Made by a program: the position numbers and the translations under genes | Shown: piece by piece, positions 31,241-41,934 of the stretch | Numbering within the stretch: the stretch's first letter is position 1 | How the letters are laid out: each line of letters opens with the position of its first letter | Source: Trichomonas gallinae | Lineage: Eukaryota | Direction: 5' to 3' | Length of the DNA stretch: 64,000 bases | Assembly (NCBI GenBank): GCA_008369845.1 | Contig: MRSU01005588.1 | Span: 1-64,000, forward strand | The notes under the pieces: model-generated | Seen by the model: only the letters and a program-made list of their open reading frames with translations | Databases searched by the model: none | Told to the model about the DNA's origin: nothing

Positions 31241-33622
31241 TTAACAGTGAATATATTTCTGCAATTTCGTGACAGCCTTTGCGACATCAGCTCTGTTCTG
31301 AGGAATGATGTAGTGTGCGAGAATGTCCTTGAGTTCCTCGTGGAGCTTGTCGTGTACCATGGCCTGGTTGACCATGGCGAGGAAGATCTCCGGCTGTGGT
31401 GCAGAGTGAAGAAGTTTACCGATTAAGTGCCTGGCGCTCTCATAGTGTGTGCAAGCGCAGACTGCGACGATTCCTGCGACTGAGTCTATATCCCACTGGC
31501 TGGATACGACATCGAGAATGTCAATTGGCATTTCGCCAACTTCGCGCAAGTATTTGGCGCACGCAACAAGTGCTGCGTGTTTGAGTGTTGAATTACGCGA
31601 CTGGAGGCATGTTCTGATTGAATCGATATCCAGTCCTTTGCAGTCTGTCTTTGCAACGATGAATCTCAAGGCTGCTGTCGACAATAAAGCGTCTGGTGAG
31701 TTTAATACTGAGTTGCAGCGCTTGATGACATCTGGGAGCATTTCTTTTGGAATTGTCTTTCTCGCTGCAATCTCCAGGCAGAGTTTGAGGTGCCACTCCT
31801 TAAGGACAGAAAGAACTGCGTTTCCTGCGCATCCGTTCTTGCAGGCAGTGATGATTAAGTCTTCGTCTGTCTGGTCAGAGCCTGATGGAAGGAGAGAGAC
31901 GCACTGGGCAGCGCAGTCGAGTGGAACAGAGCCGCTTGGAAGTTCTCTTAACTCTTTTGCAGCCTGTGCCATCATTGAGGACTTCAAGAAGGCAATGAGG
32001 CCGCGTGCGTATAAAGAAATGCTCTTGGACTCCTTGAGGGAGTGGAGAGTGCTCCATAAGTAATCAGCTGCATCTGCTTCGACACCTTGAGTATTTAATG
32101 CTTCGACGAGGTGATTCATTGAGTTTTGTCTCGTAAGCTTCTTGTCTCCACTTCCAGGTTCGAATCCGAGACCGAACTGTTCTTCTTGTAACGACTTTTG
32201 AATATATTCGATAACTTCTGGTTTAGTATCTGGGAAAACGAGGCCATTCTTGAAGCGTGAGACAATATCTGCGAACGATGGTCTCATGTTTGGGTTGCGG
32301 TCCCAGCACTGGCGAATTAAGCAGGCAATTTCTGGCGATGTTCCTTCTGGTATTGTTGGGCGATAATCTGAGTTGAGAACGCGAGCAATAATCTGTGGTG
32401 AGTCCAAATCTCTGTATGGAACGGCCTTAGCTGTAATTTCCCAGAGAACGATACCATAAGAGTAGACATCAATCATATGATTGTAGCCGCTTTGATTGTC
32501 TAGGAGCTCTGGAGCCATCCAGTGTGGAGTTCCGACGTTTTTAGTGAGAACATCACTATCATCAGCAACACGTGAGTAGCCGAAATCGCAAATCTTTGCA
32601 CGTCCGTCATCATCGAGAAGCACGTTTGGACTTTTCAGGTCGCGATGAATGATATGACGACTATGGAGATACGCCATGCCGCGAGCAATATCGAAAGCGA
32701 TAAGAGTCTTATGGCTAGGCGAGATTGGCTCCTTTGAGCGCAGTAATGAGTATAAAGATCCGCCATTAAGCCACTCAGTAACAATGCAAAACGGCGCGGT
32801 ATCTGTAGCACCGACAAAATGTACTAAACATGGGTGTTCCGCAGCCGCAAGGATTGAAACTTCGCGTTGAAAAACACGGAGCTTGCCTCCTTTTAATTTA
32901 TGATATTTTAATTTCTTAATCGCAACTTGTTTTTCTTTCTTGAAATATCCTTTGTAAACTGTTGATGATGCACCTTCGCCTATTTGCTGATTTTCTGTAA
33001 GATCTTCGTGATTTACTCTCCAGGATCGATAATTAACTGGAATCGGCGAGAAAACGTTGTAATTCGGTAAATTTGTGTCATCCTTATATTCCTTTAAGAA
33101 CTGCTCTATAGATTTCAGGCGCTCGTTCATCAGAGGAACAACCTGATCGCCGTCCTTAGCGGCTTCGATATACTGCTGGAAGGATGACGTGATAGCTCTC
33201 ATGTCGAGGATATGGTACTGAAGCCATTCGTGTGCCTCCGGGTTGAAAGCGCAGGCTCCAACAGGATCTATTATTTTGGCAATATTTCTAAGACGGCCAG
33301 AAAGATTGCAGAGCTCTGAAGGAATCATAGTACCGCTATTATCAAGCGCAGTGTGAGCCCAGGTACTCAATAAGTTTTGAGAGAAGAGCGATTGGTATTC
33401 TCTTGCGATTTGTGAGATTTGTTGTAAAGCATCGAATTGCTCTTGTGTTATAGGCTTATCAGATGCCTGTTTCGAGAACGATTCTATGAATGATGACAAT
33501 TGCGCTAAAGCTAATCTGAAAACTTTTCTGTTTGCAACCGTCTGAAGGGAGAATTGCTCAAGCTCGCCAACGATGTGCTTTAATTCTTGGGCTGCATCGG
33601 CCAGCGTAACTTCCTCCTCCAT
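31241..33622 (-). CDS. TKL-group protein kinase with N-terminal helical domain and C-terminal ARM/HEAT-like region (793 aa)
   Basis: GEGASSTV, VAIK, HRDLKSPN, DFG, GTPHWMAPE, DVYSYGIVLWE, CWDRNPNMRPSF. Start ATG 33622 is preferred over 33664 because the extension is K/F-rich AT sequence containing AAACTGAC. Confidence 0.92.
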   Translation of the reverse strand: MEEEVTLADAAQELKHIVGELEQFSLQTVANRKVFRLALAQLSSFIESFSKQASDKPITQEQFDALQQISQIAREYQSLFSQNLLSTWAHTALDNSGTMIPSELCNLSGRLRNIAKIIDPVGACAFNPEAHEWLQYHILDMRAITSSFQQYIEAAKDGDQVVPLMNERLKSIEQFLKEYKDDTNLPNYNVFSPIPVNYRSWRVNHEDLTENQQIGEGASSTVYKGYFKKEKQVAIKKLKYHKLKGGKLRVFQREVSILAAAEHPCLVHFVGATDTAPFCIVTEWLNGGSLYSLLRSKEPISPSHKTLIAFDIARGMAYLHSRHIIHRDLKSPNVLLDDDGRAKICDFGYSRVADDSDVLTKNVGTPHWMAPELLDNQSGYNHMIDVYSYGIVLWEITAKAVPYRDLDSPQIIARVLNSDYRPTIPEGTSPEIACLIRQCWDRNPNMRPSFADIVSRFKNGLVFPDTKPEVIEYIQKSLQEEQFGLGFEPGSGDKKLTRQNSMNHLVEALNTQGVEADAADYLWSTLHSLKESKSISLYARGLIAFLKSSMMAQAAKELRELPSGSVPLDCAAQCVSLLPSGSDQTDEDLIITACKNGCAGNAVLSVLKEWHLKLCLEIAARKTIPKEMLPDVIKRCNSVLNSPDALLSTAALRFIVAKTDCKGLDIDSIRTCLQSRNSTLKHAALVACAKYLREVGEMPIDILDVVSSQWDIDSVAGIVAVCACTHYESARHLIGKLLHSAPQPEIFLAMVNQAMVHDKLHEELKDILAHYIIPQNRADVAKAVTKLQKYIHC

Positions 33623-34127
33623 GAATATAAATTTTTCTATAAACCTGTCAGTTTTTTTATTCATTCCATCTAAGCCCAGAAAGGGTTTATTGTTCTACCG
33701 CATGGAGTAATACCGGATTCAATGGCTTGACGATTCATTTGACAGAAAGATTTTTTTAGAGCTTTACAAAGCTTTCAAAAACTGGCAATATAATACTATG
33801 CCTTAGAACAGTTGATATTTAAAGTGGGCGAATTCTCCATTTCACACCATTGAAAATATTTTACACAAAAAAATCGCCGTAAAATTTTTTAAAATCAAAA
33901 TAAAACTAAATAATATATATTATTTACAACATTTATTTAACAAAAAACATTTCATAAAAATTATTAATTCGTATTCTGTTACTAACTCATAAAAAAAACT
34001 TTGGTTTCCTCAATAATAAAATATTTGATCGCTATTAATGGTGAATTAACAGGTTATATGATAATAGAACAACAAAGTAACAATAGTATATATCGCTTTA
34101 TAATTACAAACAAAATGAATAGTGTCA

Positions 34128-36506
34128 TTAGAAGAAATCATCAGTATCAGAATCATCTGATGACTCCTGATTTGCTGGTGCATCAGCTTGTTGCTTAGTG
34201 GGCTTTTCGGATTCAGATTTTTTGTCGTTATCCGAAGATTCCATAATGATAATATCTGATTGGGAAGAAGAACTCTCAATTTTCTGTCCACTAGGTTGGA
34301 TAGTTTTGGTCTTTGACATGTCCTCTGAGTCATCGTCAAGGATTAATTCCTCTTCTATTATTGGTTCTTCATCTGATTTAACTTTCTCTTCTACTCTCTT
34401 TTCTTCTTCTTTAGGTTTATCATCTTTCATTTCTTCTTTCATATCTTCTTTATCTGAAAGTTGGTCGCTTGAATCGCTCTCTATAATGATATCATCATCA
34501 GACGATTTTTCATCTTTGTGCGATTGATTGCCAATATCTATTGTTTGAGTTTCCTGCATAGGTACTGGATCAGGGTTCTTAACAGAGACTGGTTCGGGTT
34601 CATTAGACTTCTTAGACGCAGATAAATTATTTGACTTTTCTGATTTGTTGGAGGAAGACGATTTCTTTGAAGATTTAGATGAAGTAGAGCTACTTGAATC
34701 AGAAGTCTTTGAGGATTTGCTTGAAATCGAAGAAGATGAGTCATCATCAACAATAATCTCTTCTTCTATAACAGTTGGAGCAGAGTTTGCCTTAACTTCA
34801 GGCTTATCTTGCTTTTCAATGACTGGCTGTGGAGTTAGCTGAGATTCTAGAGTTGAGGTTTTAACAGGTTGTGGATTCGGGACTGTCTTTAAGGATTCTG
34901 GTTCAGTGCCCCATCCAATGTTTAAGAAGATGTTTTCTACCTTTTGACCGTTCAATCCGATCAATGCTTTCATTGCTTGCTCATGATTAGAGAATGTTAC
35001 ACGTGTTGATGAAGCATCTTCCGTAATGTTTAGGATGGTACCAAATTTGGAGCATATTTCTCTTGCTTTGCTTTCATTTCGAAAATTTGTGAAATTAATT
35101 GTCCTCCTCTTTGATGCAAAGCCAGAAAGAGGTGTGTAATACTGTATTTCGCTAGTTGTAGTAGTCGAATTCGTCTTATTTTCTGTAGTTTTCGGTTTAA
35201 TTTCTGATTGTTTAACGGTTTCGGGCGCTGGTGGTTGTAGATTAGATTGTTGTGACTTTTCTTGCTCAGATTTCTTTTGATTTTTTGTAGAAGTTGCTTC
35301 AAATTTAGAATTTTCTTTTTGCTGTAGTCGTTTTGATTCTGTATTATCATTCGACTGTTTAGGTATAGGTTTCGAGGGAATTTCTTCTTGTTTCTTGGTT
35401 TCGACAACTTGTTGATTTGAATTTTTATCTTCTTTCGGTTGTAGACGAGATGTAATGAAATCACGCTTATTTCCTTCTCTTTGAATACGCTTCTCTTCAG
35501 TTTCGAGCTTATTTGCGTTTTCGTCAGCAATATTGCGATCAGGGACGTAACCGGTTGATTTAGGTTTAGGTATGTTTATCGAGAGATGAGGCTTGTCATG
35601 TTGATCTTCCTTTGGTTCTTGTAGGAAGAATGATACGCGTGGAGCTTTTCTTTCTGGCATTATTAACTGCTTGCGTTGTTGAGCTTCTCTAGTTTGGAAA
35701 TCTTTAGTCTGCTTGACATACTGCGCCATCATCTCGTTGTATTTGTTCTGGGCGCTGTTTAGACGCTTTTCAAGTAATATTTCGTTATTGAATCCGAATT
35801 TGTTACCTTCTTCGATATCATTCTTCAGCTCATCGATATATTGCTTGTATTTTTCGTATTTTTCTCGTTTTGAATATAATAAATGTTTTAGCTCCAAAAT
35901 GTATTGATTATTATCTGTAATAAAGTCAAGACCAAGTTTCTGACGTTGGATTTCAAGTGTTCTTACTATTTTCTTCCTCTCATCTGTTAAAGTGCCGATC
36001 GAAGCATTATATCTTTCAACGTCTTTCTTCAACAAACCAATTTCGACGCGTAATTCGGCTAAATTAGACTTAGCTGTACCTTTCTTAATATCCGAAATGT
36101 AATTTTCGAGTTGACAACTTTTTTGCTGCAAATTAACGATTCTGCTTTGTTTTTCGCGCAAAGTTTCAGCAGTAACGTCGAAATTATACAAATTTGCATG
36201 TTTCTGCATGAACTCTTTATTCTCTTTCTGGTTCTGTTTCTCGAGTTTTTCTGCTAATTTGACTTCTGCTCGTAAAGCTTCAACTTCTGTATGTAGTTGC
36301 ACTATATCAAGTTGAAGGCGTTCATATTCCTCTGCAATTGTTTCGTCTTCCTGTAGTTGTGCCTGAAGAAAGTCGTTATCAGGTGGAAACTCAAGAACAG
36401 GTTTATAATTTTTCTTCTTTTTTATAGATCCATCTTTATTATGCTCCGTTCCAGGCGGGCCTATATCATCTAACTCACGGGCCCTTCTAAAAGAAAAAGA
36501 GTCCAT
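34128..36506 (-). CDS. Coiled-coil protein with one RRM and a Ser/acidic low-complexity tail (792 aa)
   Basis: Long heptad region in the N-terminal third; RRM-like segment at ~34908-35105 (INFTNF..CSKFGTILNI..VTFSNHEQAMKALIGLNGQKV..LNIGWG). Confidence 0.75.
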   Translation of the reverse strand: MDSFSFRRARELDDIGPPGTEHNKDGSIKKKKNYKPVLEFPPDNDFLQAQLQEDETIAEEYERLQLDIVQLHTEVEALRAEVKLAEKLEKQNQKENKEFMQKHANLYNFDVTAETLREKQSRIVNLQQKSCQLENYISDIKKGTAKSNLAELRVEIGLLKKDVERYNASIGTLTDERKKIVRTLEIQRQKLGLDFITDNNQYILELKHLLYSKREKYEKYKQYIDELKNDIEEGNKFGFNNEILLEKRLNSAQNKYNEMMAQYVKQTKDFQTREAQQRKQLIMPERKAPRVSFFLQEPKEDQHDKPHLSINIPKPKSTGYVPDRNIADENANKLETEEKRIQREGNKRDFITSRLQPKEDKNSNQQVVETKKQEEIPSKPIPKQSNDNTESKRLQQKENSKFEATSTKNQKKSEQEKSQQSNLQPPAPETVKQSEIKPKTTENKTNSTTTTSEIQYYTPLSGFASKRRTINFTNFRNESKAREICSKFGTILNITEDASSTRVTFSNHEQAMKALIGLNGQKVENIFLNIGWGTEPESLKTVPNPQPVKTSTLESQLTPQPVIEKQDKPEVKANSAPTVIEEEIIVDDDSSSSISSKSSKTSDSSSSTSSKSSKKSSSSNKSEKSNNLSASKKSNEPEPVSVKNPDPVPMQETQTIDIGNQSHKDEKSSDDDIIIESDSSDQLSDKEDMKEEMKDDKPKEEEKRVEEKVKSDEEPIIEEELILDDDSEDMSKTKTIQPSGQKIESSSSQSDIIIMESSDNDKKSESEKPTKQQADAPANQESSDDSDTDDFF

Positions 36507-36917
36507 GAATCAGAAAAATTGTCAGAAATTGCAAACGTACGCTCATTTTGTATTTTTTTTTTTTTTCGTCTTCAAGAAAAGGAACGAATATATGAACATT
36601 CGTGCAATTAATGGTATAATAAGTACTAATTCGTCGTCTGCTGCTGGTTTTTCAACTATAAGAGAATCCAAAGTGATTTTTGAGAAACTCTTTGAATTTT
36701 TTTTGAAAGAATCGTACGGATTTTTTGGTCATTTAATTTTTGCATAAAAATGAATACTGTGGATTCTATTCCATCTCCCAAATTTTGGTTTGAAAAATCG
36801 TGACCAATTCAAATGTGATATTTAATTTTATTTCTGATAAATATTTTTGTAAACCTATCGAAAATATAAATAAAGATTATGAAAGTCTTTCTTGAAATAC
36901 TCTTCTATTCGTTATTC

Positions 36918-37066
36918 AAACATTTAAACTCTTGAGATGATTTTTTAGTTTATCAAAAAATAATTTTTCAAAGTTAAATAATGTTTTATATTGGATTTTA
37001 AATGTAATTAAAACATTTTAACTTTTGAGATGATTTTTTTAGTTTATCAAAAAATAATTTTTTACA
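36918..37066 (+). repeat. Imperfect ~53-bp direct repeat (two copies) immediately upstream of the AGC kinase
   Basis: aaacatttaaactcttgagatgattttttagtttatcaaaaaataatttttca (36918-36970) versus aaacattttaacttttgagatgatttttttagtttatcaaaaaataattttttaca (37011-37066). Confidence 0.85.
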
Positions 37067-37069
37067 ATA

Positions 37070-39211
37070 ATGGCTGAAGTTCAGTGCCCTTACAAGCAGC
37101 CTATAAACCGGTTGCTGGACAGGACACTACAGTTCGGAAGGAAGTCTCTCCCACCAGTTCAATCAGAGTTAATACCTCCTGTTAAGAAATTTACGTCTGG
37201 TGTAAAGTATGTTAGGCCGTATTTTATCCTTAGATCTCAGTTCGCTTACCTAACATCGTTCATGGATACAATTGTGACCACTGAAGGCTCGGGTTCTAAG
37301 GATGAAATCGAGCAGCGAATTCATATTAAAGATTGCATCAAGAAAATCACAGAATCTTCGTTCAGTCAGTTGCTTGATGTCTGTTTAACGATAACTACAG
37401 ATGTACAACAATTAATTACCAGTAATAAATTGCATTTATCTAACGAAAGGGCGGCGATGCTCCTTTTAAAGTCAACACTTGCTATCAGAAAGATATCAAC
37501 ATATTTAGAAGCTAAAACAAAGGAAGATTCAGAAATTTCAACAATTCCAAGCGAAAAAGAAATTCATTTAGACCTTTCTGATAAGAAAGGACGCGAAACT
37601 CAGTACATTGTGTGCAGGATATGCGATGAGCCCGTCGCTGTCGACGCAATTGAGGAACATATGGGATTTTGTCTCAAAGGATATAAGAGTGAAGAATGCA
37701 GAGCCAGGACATTCGAGCAAATCAAATCGTTCATTAACACATTAAAAACAACTGTTCTGAAAATAAAGTGGCCAGGCATACAGCAAGAGATGATTGAGAT
37801 GTATTTTCCGATTCTTCACACAGTTTTAAAATTATCACATATTCTTGAGTTAGACTTATCAGATGAGTGTGTACACGATGAACTTGACAATCATATCCTT
37901 GATTTGAAGAGAATACAAGCGAACAAAACCGCTCAAGAAGTCGTTAAGAAGGCAATTTATCTTGTTAAGGAATGCGTTAGGATCAATAAAGCATTGAAGA
38001 ATGCAATGATTGGCCTTACACAAACAAGAGTCAGCAAGAATCCACAAGTTGCTTCAATTTCAAAAGTTACTATCGCTGACTTCGAATTCGTTAAAAGAAT
38101 ATCAAGTGGCGCATTTGCTACTGTCTTTATCGCTAAAAAGAACCAAACAGGAGATATTTACGCAATTAAGGCAATTCCGAAGTCTGTTTACACACAAAAG
38201 AACCAGACAAACAGAATTCTAACTGAACGTGATATTCTCCTTGAAAACTCAAACCAATACATTGTTACATTTTATTATAGCATTATAGGTGATAGAAATC
38301 TTTATTTAGTCACCGAATTCGTCCCTGGAGGTGACTTATTCTCACTCCTCCAGATGTATGGCTCATTTGATGAAGGCTCATCAAAATATTATATCTTACA
38401 GATCCTTGAAGCACTAAAGTACCTTCATTCGAATGGCATCATCCACAGAGATCTTAAGCCAGACAATATTCTGGTCACATCACAAGGAACCCTTAAATTA
38501 ACAGATTTTGGTCTTTCATTGCAAGGTCTCGTCAACAGACAAGTCAATGCCGAGCTCAACGAAGAAGATGATGTTGAAATTGTTGGAACTCTCGACTACA
38601 TGGCGCCTGAAGTTTTGCTCAACCAAAGCCATTCTAAGGCTGTTGACTTTTGGTCCCTCGGCTGCATTCTCTTCGAGTTCTTGACCGGTGTACCACCTTT
38701 CCACGGCGAGACAGAAGATGAGACAACAGAGAACATCCTCATGGGCAAGTTAGAATTCTACGAGGAAGACGAAATGTCACCAGATGCGAAAGACTTGATC
38801 ATCAAATTATTAGAGCCAAATCCACAGCTTCGTCTTGGCTATAATAACATCGACGACATCTTCAAGCATCCATGGTTCAAAGGCGCCCCAACTGAACCGC
38901 CTTTCATCCCACAGACATTGTCAGAGACAGACACGCAATTCTTCGAAGAGCGTTACAGGTTCAGCAAGCTTGATGATAAAGATATCATCAATGATATCGA
39001 AAAGGCGAAGGGTGCTAAGATGAAATTCAGCGATGACTCTGATAACTCTATTAAAGAGTTCCAGTCAATTTCCGTCGAGAACTTGATGGAGCAAAGCATG
39101 TCTGAAGTCAGAAAGATCAAGAAAGCAGCTTCGACACCAAACGAGCAAAAGGTCATTCTCCATGAATCATTAAGACATTTCCCTAATGATGACTCTATAT
39201 TGTCTAGCTAG
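37070..39211 (+). CDS. AGC kinase, MAST/Greatwall/Rim15/IRE-like, with C2HC zinc finger (713 aa)
   Basis: CRICDEPVAVDAIEEHMGFC (37613-37672); ISSGAFATV, YAIK, HRDLKPDN, LTDFGLS, GTLDYMAPE; AGC tail PPFIP..DTQFF. Confidence 0.9.
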   Translation: MAEVQCPYKQPINRLLDRTLQFGRKSLPPVQSELIPPVKKFTSGVKYVRPYFILRSQFAYLTSFMDTIVTTEGSGSKDEIEQRIHIKDCIKKITESSFSQLLDVCLTITTDVQQLITSNKLHLSNERAAMLLLKSTLAIRKISTYLEAKTKEDSEISTIPSEKEIHLDLSDKKGRETQYIVCRICDEPVAVDAIEEHMGFCLKGYKSEECRARTFEQIKSFINTLKTTVLKIKWPGIQQEMIEMYFPILHTVLKLSHILELDLSDECVHDELDNHILDLKRIQANKTAQEVVKKAIYLVKECVRINKALKNAMIGLTQTRVSKNPQVASISKVTIADFEFVKRISSGAFATVFIAKKNQTGDIYAIKAIPKSVYTQKNQTNRILTERDILLENSNQYIVTFYYSIIGDRNLYLVTEFVPGGDLFSLLQMYGSFDEGSSKYYILQILEALKYLHSNGIIHRDLKPDNILVTSQGTLKLTDFGLSLQGLVNRQVNAELNEEDDVEIVGTLDYMAPEVLLNQSHSKAVDFWSLGCILFEFLTGVPPFHGETEDETTENILMGKLEFYEEDEMSPDAKDLIIKLLEPNPQLRLGYNNIDDIFKHPWFKGAPTEPPFIPQTLSETDTQFFEERYRFSKLDDKDIINDIEKAKGAKMKFSDDSDNSIKEFQSISVENLMEQSMSEVRKIKKAASTPNEQKVILHESLRHFPNDDSILSS

Positions 39212-39456
39212 TGTGTGTAGTTTAATTTTTTTTTGTTTATTTTTTAAAATCTAACTATGCGTTATCTTTATATATATACCAGCAACCTCAAATATAACAT
39301 AATATATAAAATTAATTGCAAAGGAACAAAAAATGAAAAATTCCTGGAATTTTCATGAAAACGTGACATTTTGGATTATTTCGGTTGAATTTCGGTATAT
39401 TATAACATATAGATTATATATATGTAATAATCAGTCACTTTTTAACAAAAAAATTC

Positions 39457-40020
39457 ATGCATAAAGTTGTTATTGTAGGAGATTCTCATGTAGGAAAGAC
39501 ATCATTGATTCACAGACTCGAATTCAAGGATGATGACTTCTCGGAAATTAAACCAACAATTACAGGAAATTCGACACATATTACAACGAATTATAATGAT
39601 GCAGAAATTAAGCTTGATATTTGGGATACAGCAGGTACAGAAGCTTATCAGAGCTTAGCCCCAATGTATGCCAGAAATGCTCAAGTTTGTTTATGCGTAT
39701 TTGATTTACACGAGCCAGATACACTCGCAAGCATTCCAGGATGGAAGGAAATGATGCAAAACAGCGAACAGATTCCTTATTATATAGTCGTTGGCAATAA
39801 ATCAGATCTTGAAAAGCGCTGTGAGCAACAAAAGATCGAAGAAGTTATGGGAGAACAAGATAATGATTACCTAGAAGTTTCAGCGAAAACAGGATTCGGC
39901 TGTGAGAATTTATTAGATGCAATTGCAGAAAGAATCCTCAGACTTGAGAAACATACAAAGTCAGAAACAGTAAAGATTGATCAAAAACCAGCTGCACAAC
40001 AAGCAGGCTGCCAATGTTAA
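39457..40020 (+). CDS. Divergent Rab-family small GTPase (187 aa)
   Basis: GDSHVGKT, WDTAGTE, MYARNA, NKSD, SAK; C-terminal CQC prenylation motif. Confidence 0.92.
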   Translation: MHKVVIVGDSHVGKTSLIHRLEFKDDDFSEIKPTITGNSTHITTNYNDAEIKLDIWDTAGTEAYQSLAPMYARNAQVCLCVFDLHEPDTLASIPGWKEMMQNSEQIPYYIVVGNKSDLEKRCEQQKIEEVMGEQDNDYLEVSAKTGFGCENLLDAIAERILRLEKHTKSETVKIDQKPAAQQAGCQC

Positions 40021-40129
40021 ATAATTTTTCATTGTATTTTATACCTAATTAAGAGACCTATATTTTTAATCAGAAACATACATTCACTAATAAACATTTA
40101 CTCATACAAAAAACAATAAAACAAAAAAA

Positions 40130-41440
40130 TTAATGGATAACCGCTTCAAATTTTGGCTTCATTAGACGATAGCTAACTTTCTTACGAGCTGGTGAGCTAT
40201 TTTTCTTTGGAGATGGAAGCCTTGTGCGCGACTGGTAAACAGGATAATTTGCTATCTTTATATGGAGTGGTGCATTCACAGCAGGTTGAACTAACCTGTC
40301 TGCCTTCCACCTTAGTGCATTCTTAGTATTGGTTGACTCACGAAGCCCAGAATCATGGTTTTCTGGTCTTGTGATTAGTGTTGGAAGAGGAGACTCTTCT
40401 GGTTTCATCATTAATGGCTGAGATGGTAGAAGAACAGGTTCCTGCTGGCGTGGTGACTGTTTCGGAGTCGCTGGCTGTGTATAAGCTTGGCGCGGTAATT
40501 CAATGGCTTGTCTGATTTGAGGTCTGATGAATTGTGGTGCATCAGGAGACCAATCATATATATAATCGTAGGTGTAACCTAGATTTAGGAAGCATTCGCG
40601 AAAGATTCTTCTGAAGTATGCGTAATCTGGTTCTTCTTCGAATTCAAGTGCACGAACTTTCTGAAAATACTCAACAAATTCATTCGGAAATCCATAACAA
40701 AGTTCTTCTGGAGAGGTTTGCATTTTTACATCTAAAATTACTTGATACTTTTGCTTTGATGTTTTCGCCGGAAGACCCTGCCATGGAAGTGATCCACGAA
40801 GAAGGTATAACCAGACATAACCCAAAGATTCAAGATCATCTCGACGCGATTGTTCGTAGCCTTTCATTGTATTTATTGATGCGTATCTAGCAGTACCAGT
40901 GAGAGATTTGTGATCACTGAAGGCAATATGCTTTTTTGTCTTAGGAGAGATATATTGTTTTGATAAACCGAAGTCGATTACATAAACTTGATTTGCATGT
41001 TCATCTACACCCATAATAAAGTTGTCTGGTTTAACATCTCTATGCAATATTCCTTTAGCATGTACATATTGTAATGCTGAAAGAGTTTGATCTACGATCA
41101 TTAGCACTGTTTTTACGCTGAATCTCTTAGGGCCTTTTTGAAATAAGTCCTCTAAGCTTAAACCCAAAAGTTCCATGGCGAGAACGTTATATTTTTCCTC
41201 TTTTCCGTAGTAGTAAACCTTAGGTTCATTGATTCCTTCCGAAAATATGGAGTATATCTTGTATTCTAGTTCAAGCTGAGGTGACCTAGAGTCAGCACTT
41301 TCAAGTTTGATTGCAACTTTATCACCAGTTCTTGTATCTTCTCCCTGGTAAATATCACCAAAGCTTCCGGCACCTATATGTTTCTCTAGTCTGTAGTAAT
41401 TTCCAACTATAAGCCCTATCGGGTGCCGGGTATCGCTCAT
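40130..41440 (-). CDS. CK1: Casein kinase 1 family protein (436 aa)
   Basis: IGAGSFG, LLGLSLEDLF, HRDVKPDN, IDFGLSK, GTARYASIN, EQSRRDDLES, LPWQGL; SP/TP-rich tail. Confidence 0.95.
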   Translation of the reverse strand: MSDTRHPIGLIVGNYYRLEKHIGAGSFGDIYQGEDTRTGDKVAIKLESADSRSPQLELEYKIYSIFSEGINEPKVYYYGKEEKYNVLAMELLGLSLEDLFQKGPKRFSVKTVLMIVDQTLSALQYVHAKGILHRDVKPDNFIMGVDEHANQVYVIDFGLSKQYISPKTKKHIAFSDHKSLTGTARYASINTMKGYEQSRRDDLESLGYVWLYLLRGSLPWQGLPAKTSKQKYQVILDVKMQTSPEELCYGFPNEFVEYFQKVRALEFEEEPDYAYFRRIFRECFLNLGYTYDYIYDWSPDAPQFIRPQIRQAIELPRQAYTQPATPKQSPRQQEPVLLPSQPLMMKPEESPLPTLITRPENHDSGLRESTNTKNALRWKADRLVQPAVNAPLHIKIANYPVYQSRTRLPSPKKNSSPARKKVSYRLMKPKFEAVIH

Positions 41441-41934
41441 TGTTGAAAATTTTTGAACGATAGATATTTTTTGTTACATGTATCTACCTCAGAAAATTTC
41501 GCACTTTTTTGCATTTAATGCCTGCGTTTCGCTGCGGACGAAGAAATTAAATCAACAACTTTTTTACAACAAAACAAACAAAAAAATTCTTCATTTAAAT
41601 AACAGCTTTGAAGTAAAATCATTAGCTTCTTTCATTTTCTCTGGACTTTATCATCAATATTAACAAATGAAATCTATCATTGTCAGATCTAAATCTTTTC
41701 TCAGATTATATTTGACAATTTATCCCACAATCGAGTTTGCAAAGCAACATTCTAGCTATAAACAGACAACATACCCACGAATCATTATATACACCAAATC
41801 TAATTTTTTCATTTCAATATTTTTTGCAACGATATAATGATTTTACGGATTATGCATAGAAAAGTGCTTATAATATATGGGAAATAATACGATTTATCAA
41901 CACAAATATGGATATATTTAATATAAAACAAAAA

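Noticed and set aside
31449..32063. 204-aa antisense ORF within the TKL kinase
   Set aside because: Non-ATG start, fully nested, no motifs.
33661..33750. Small hairpins (TAAGCCC/GGGTTTA) upstream of the TKL gene suggesting a snoRNA
   Set aside because: No convincing H, C or D boxes; stems are short enough to arise by chance.
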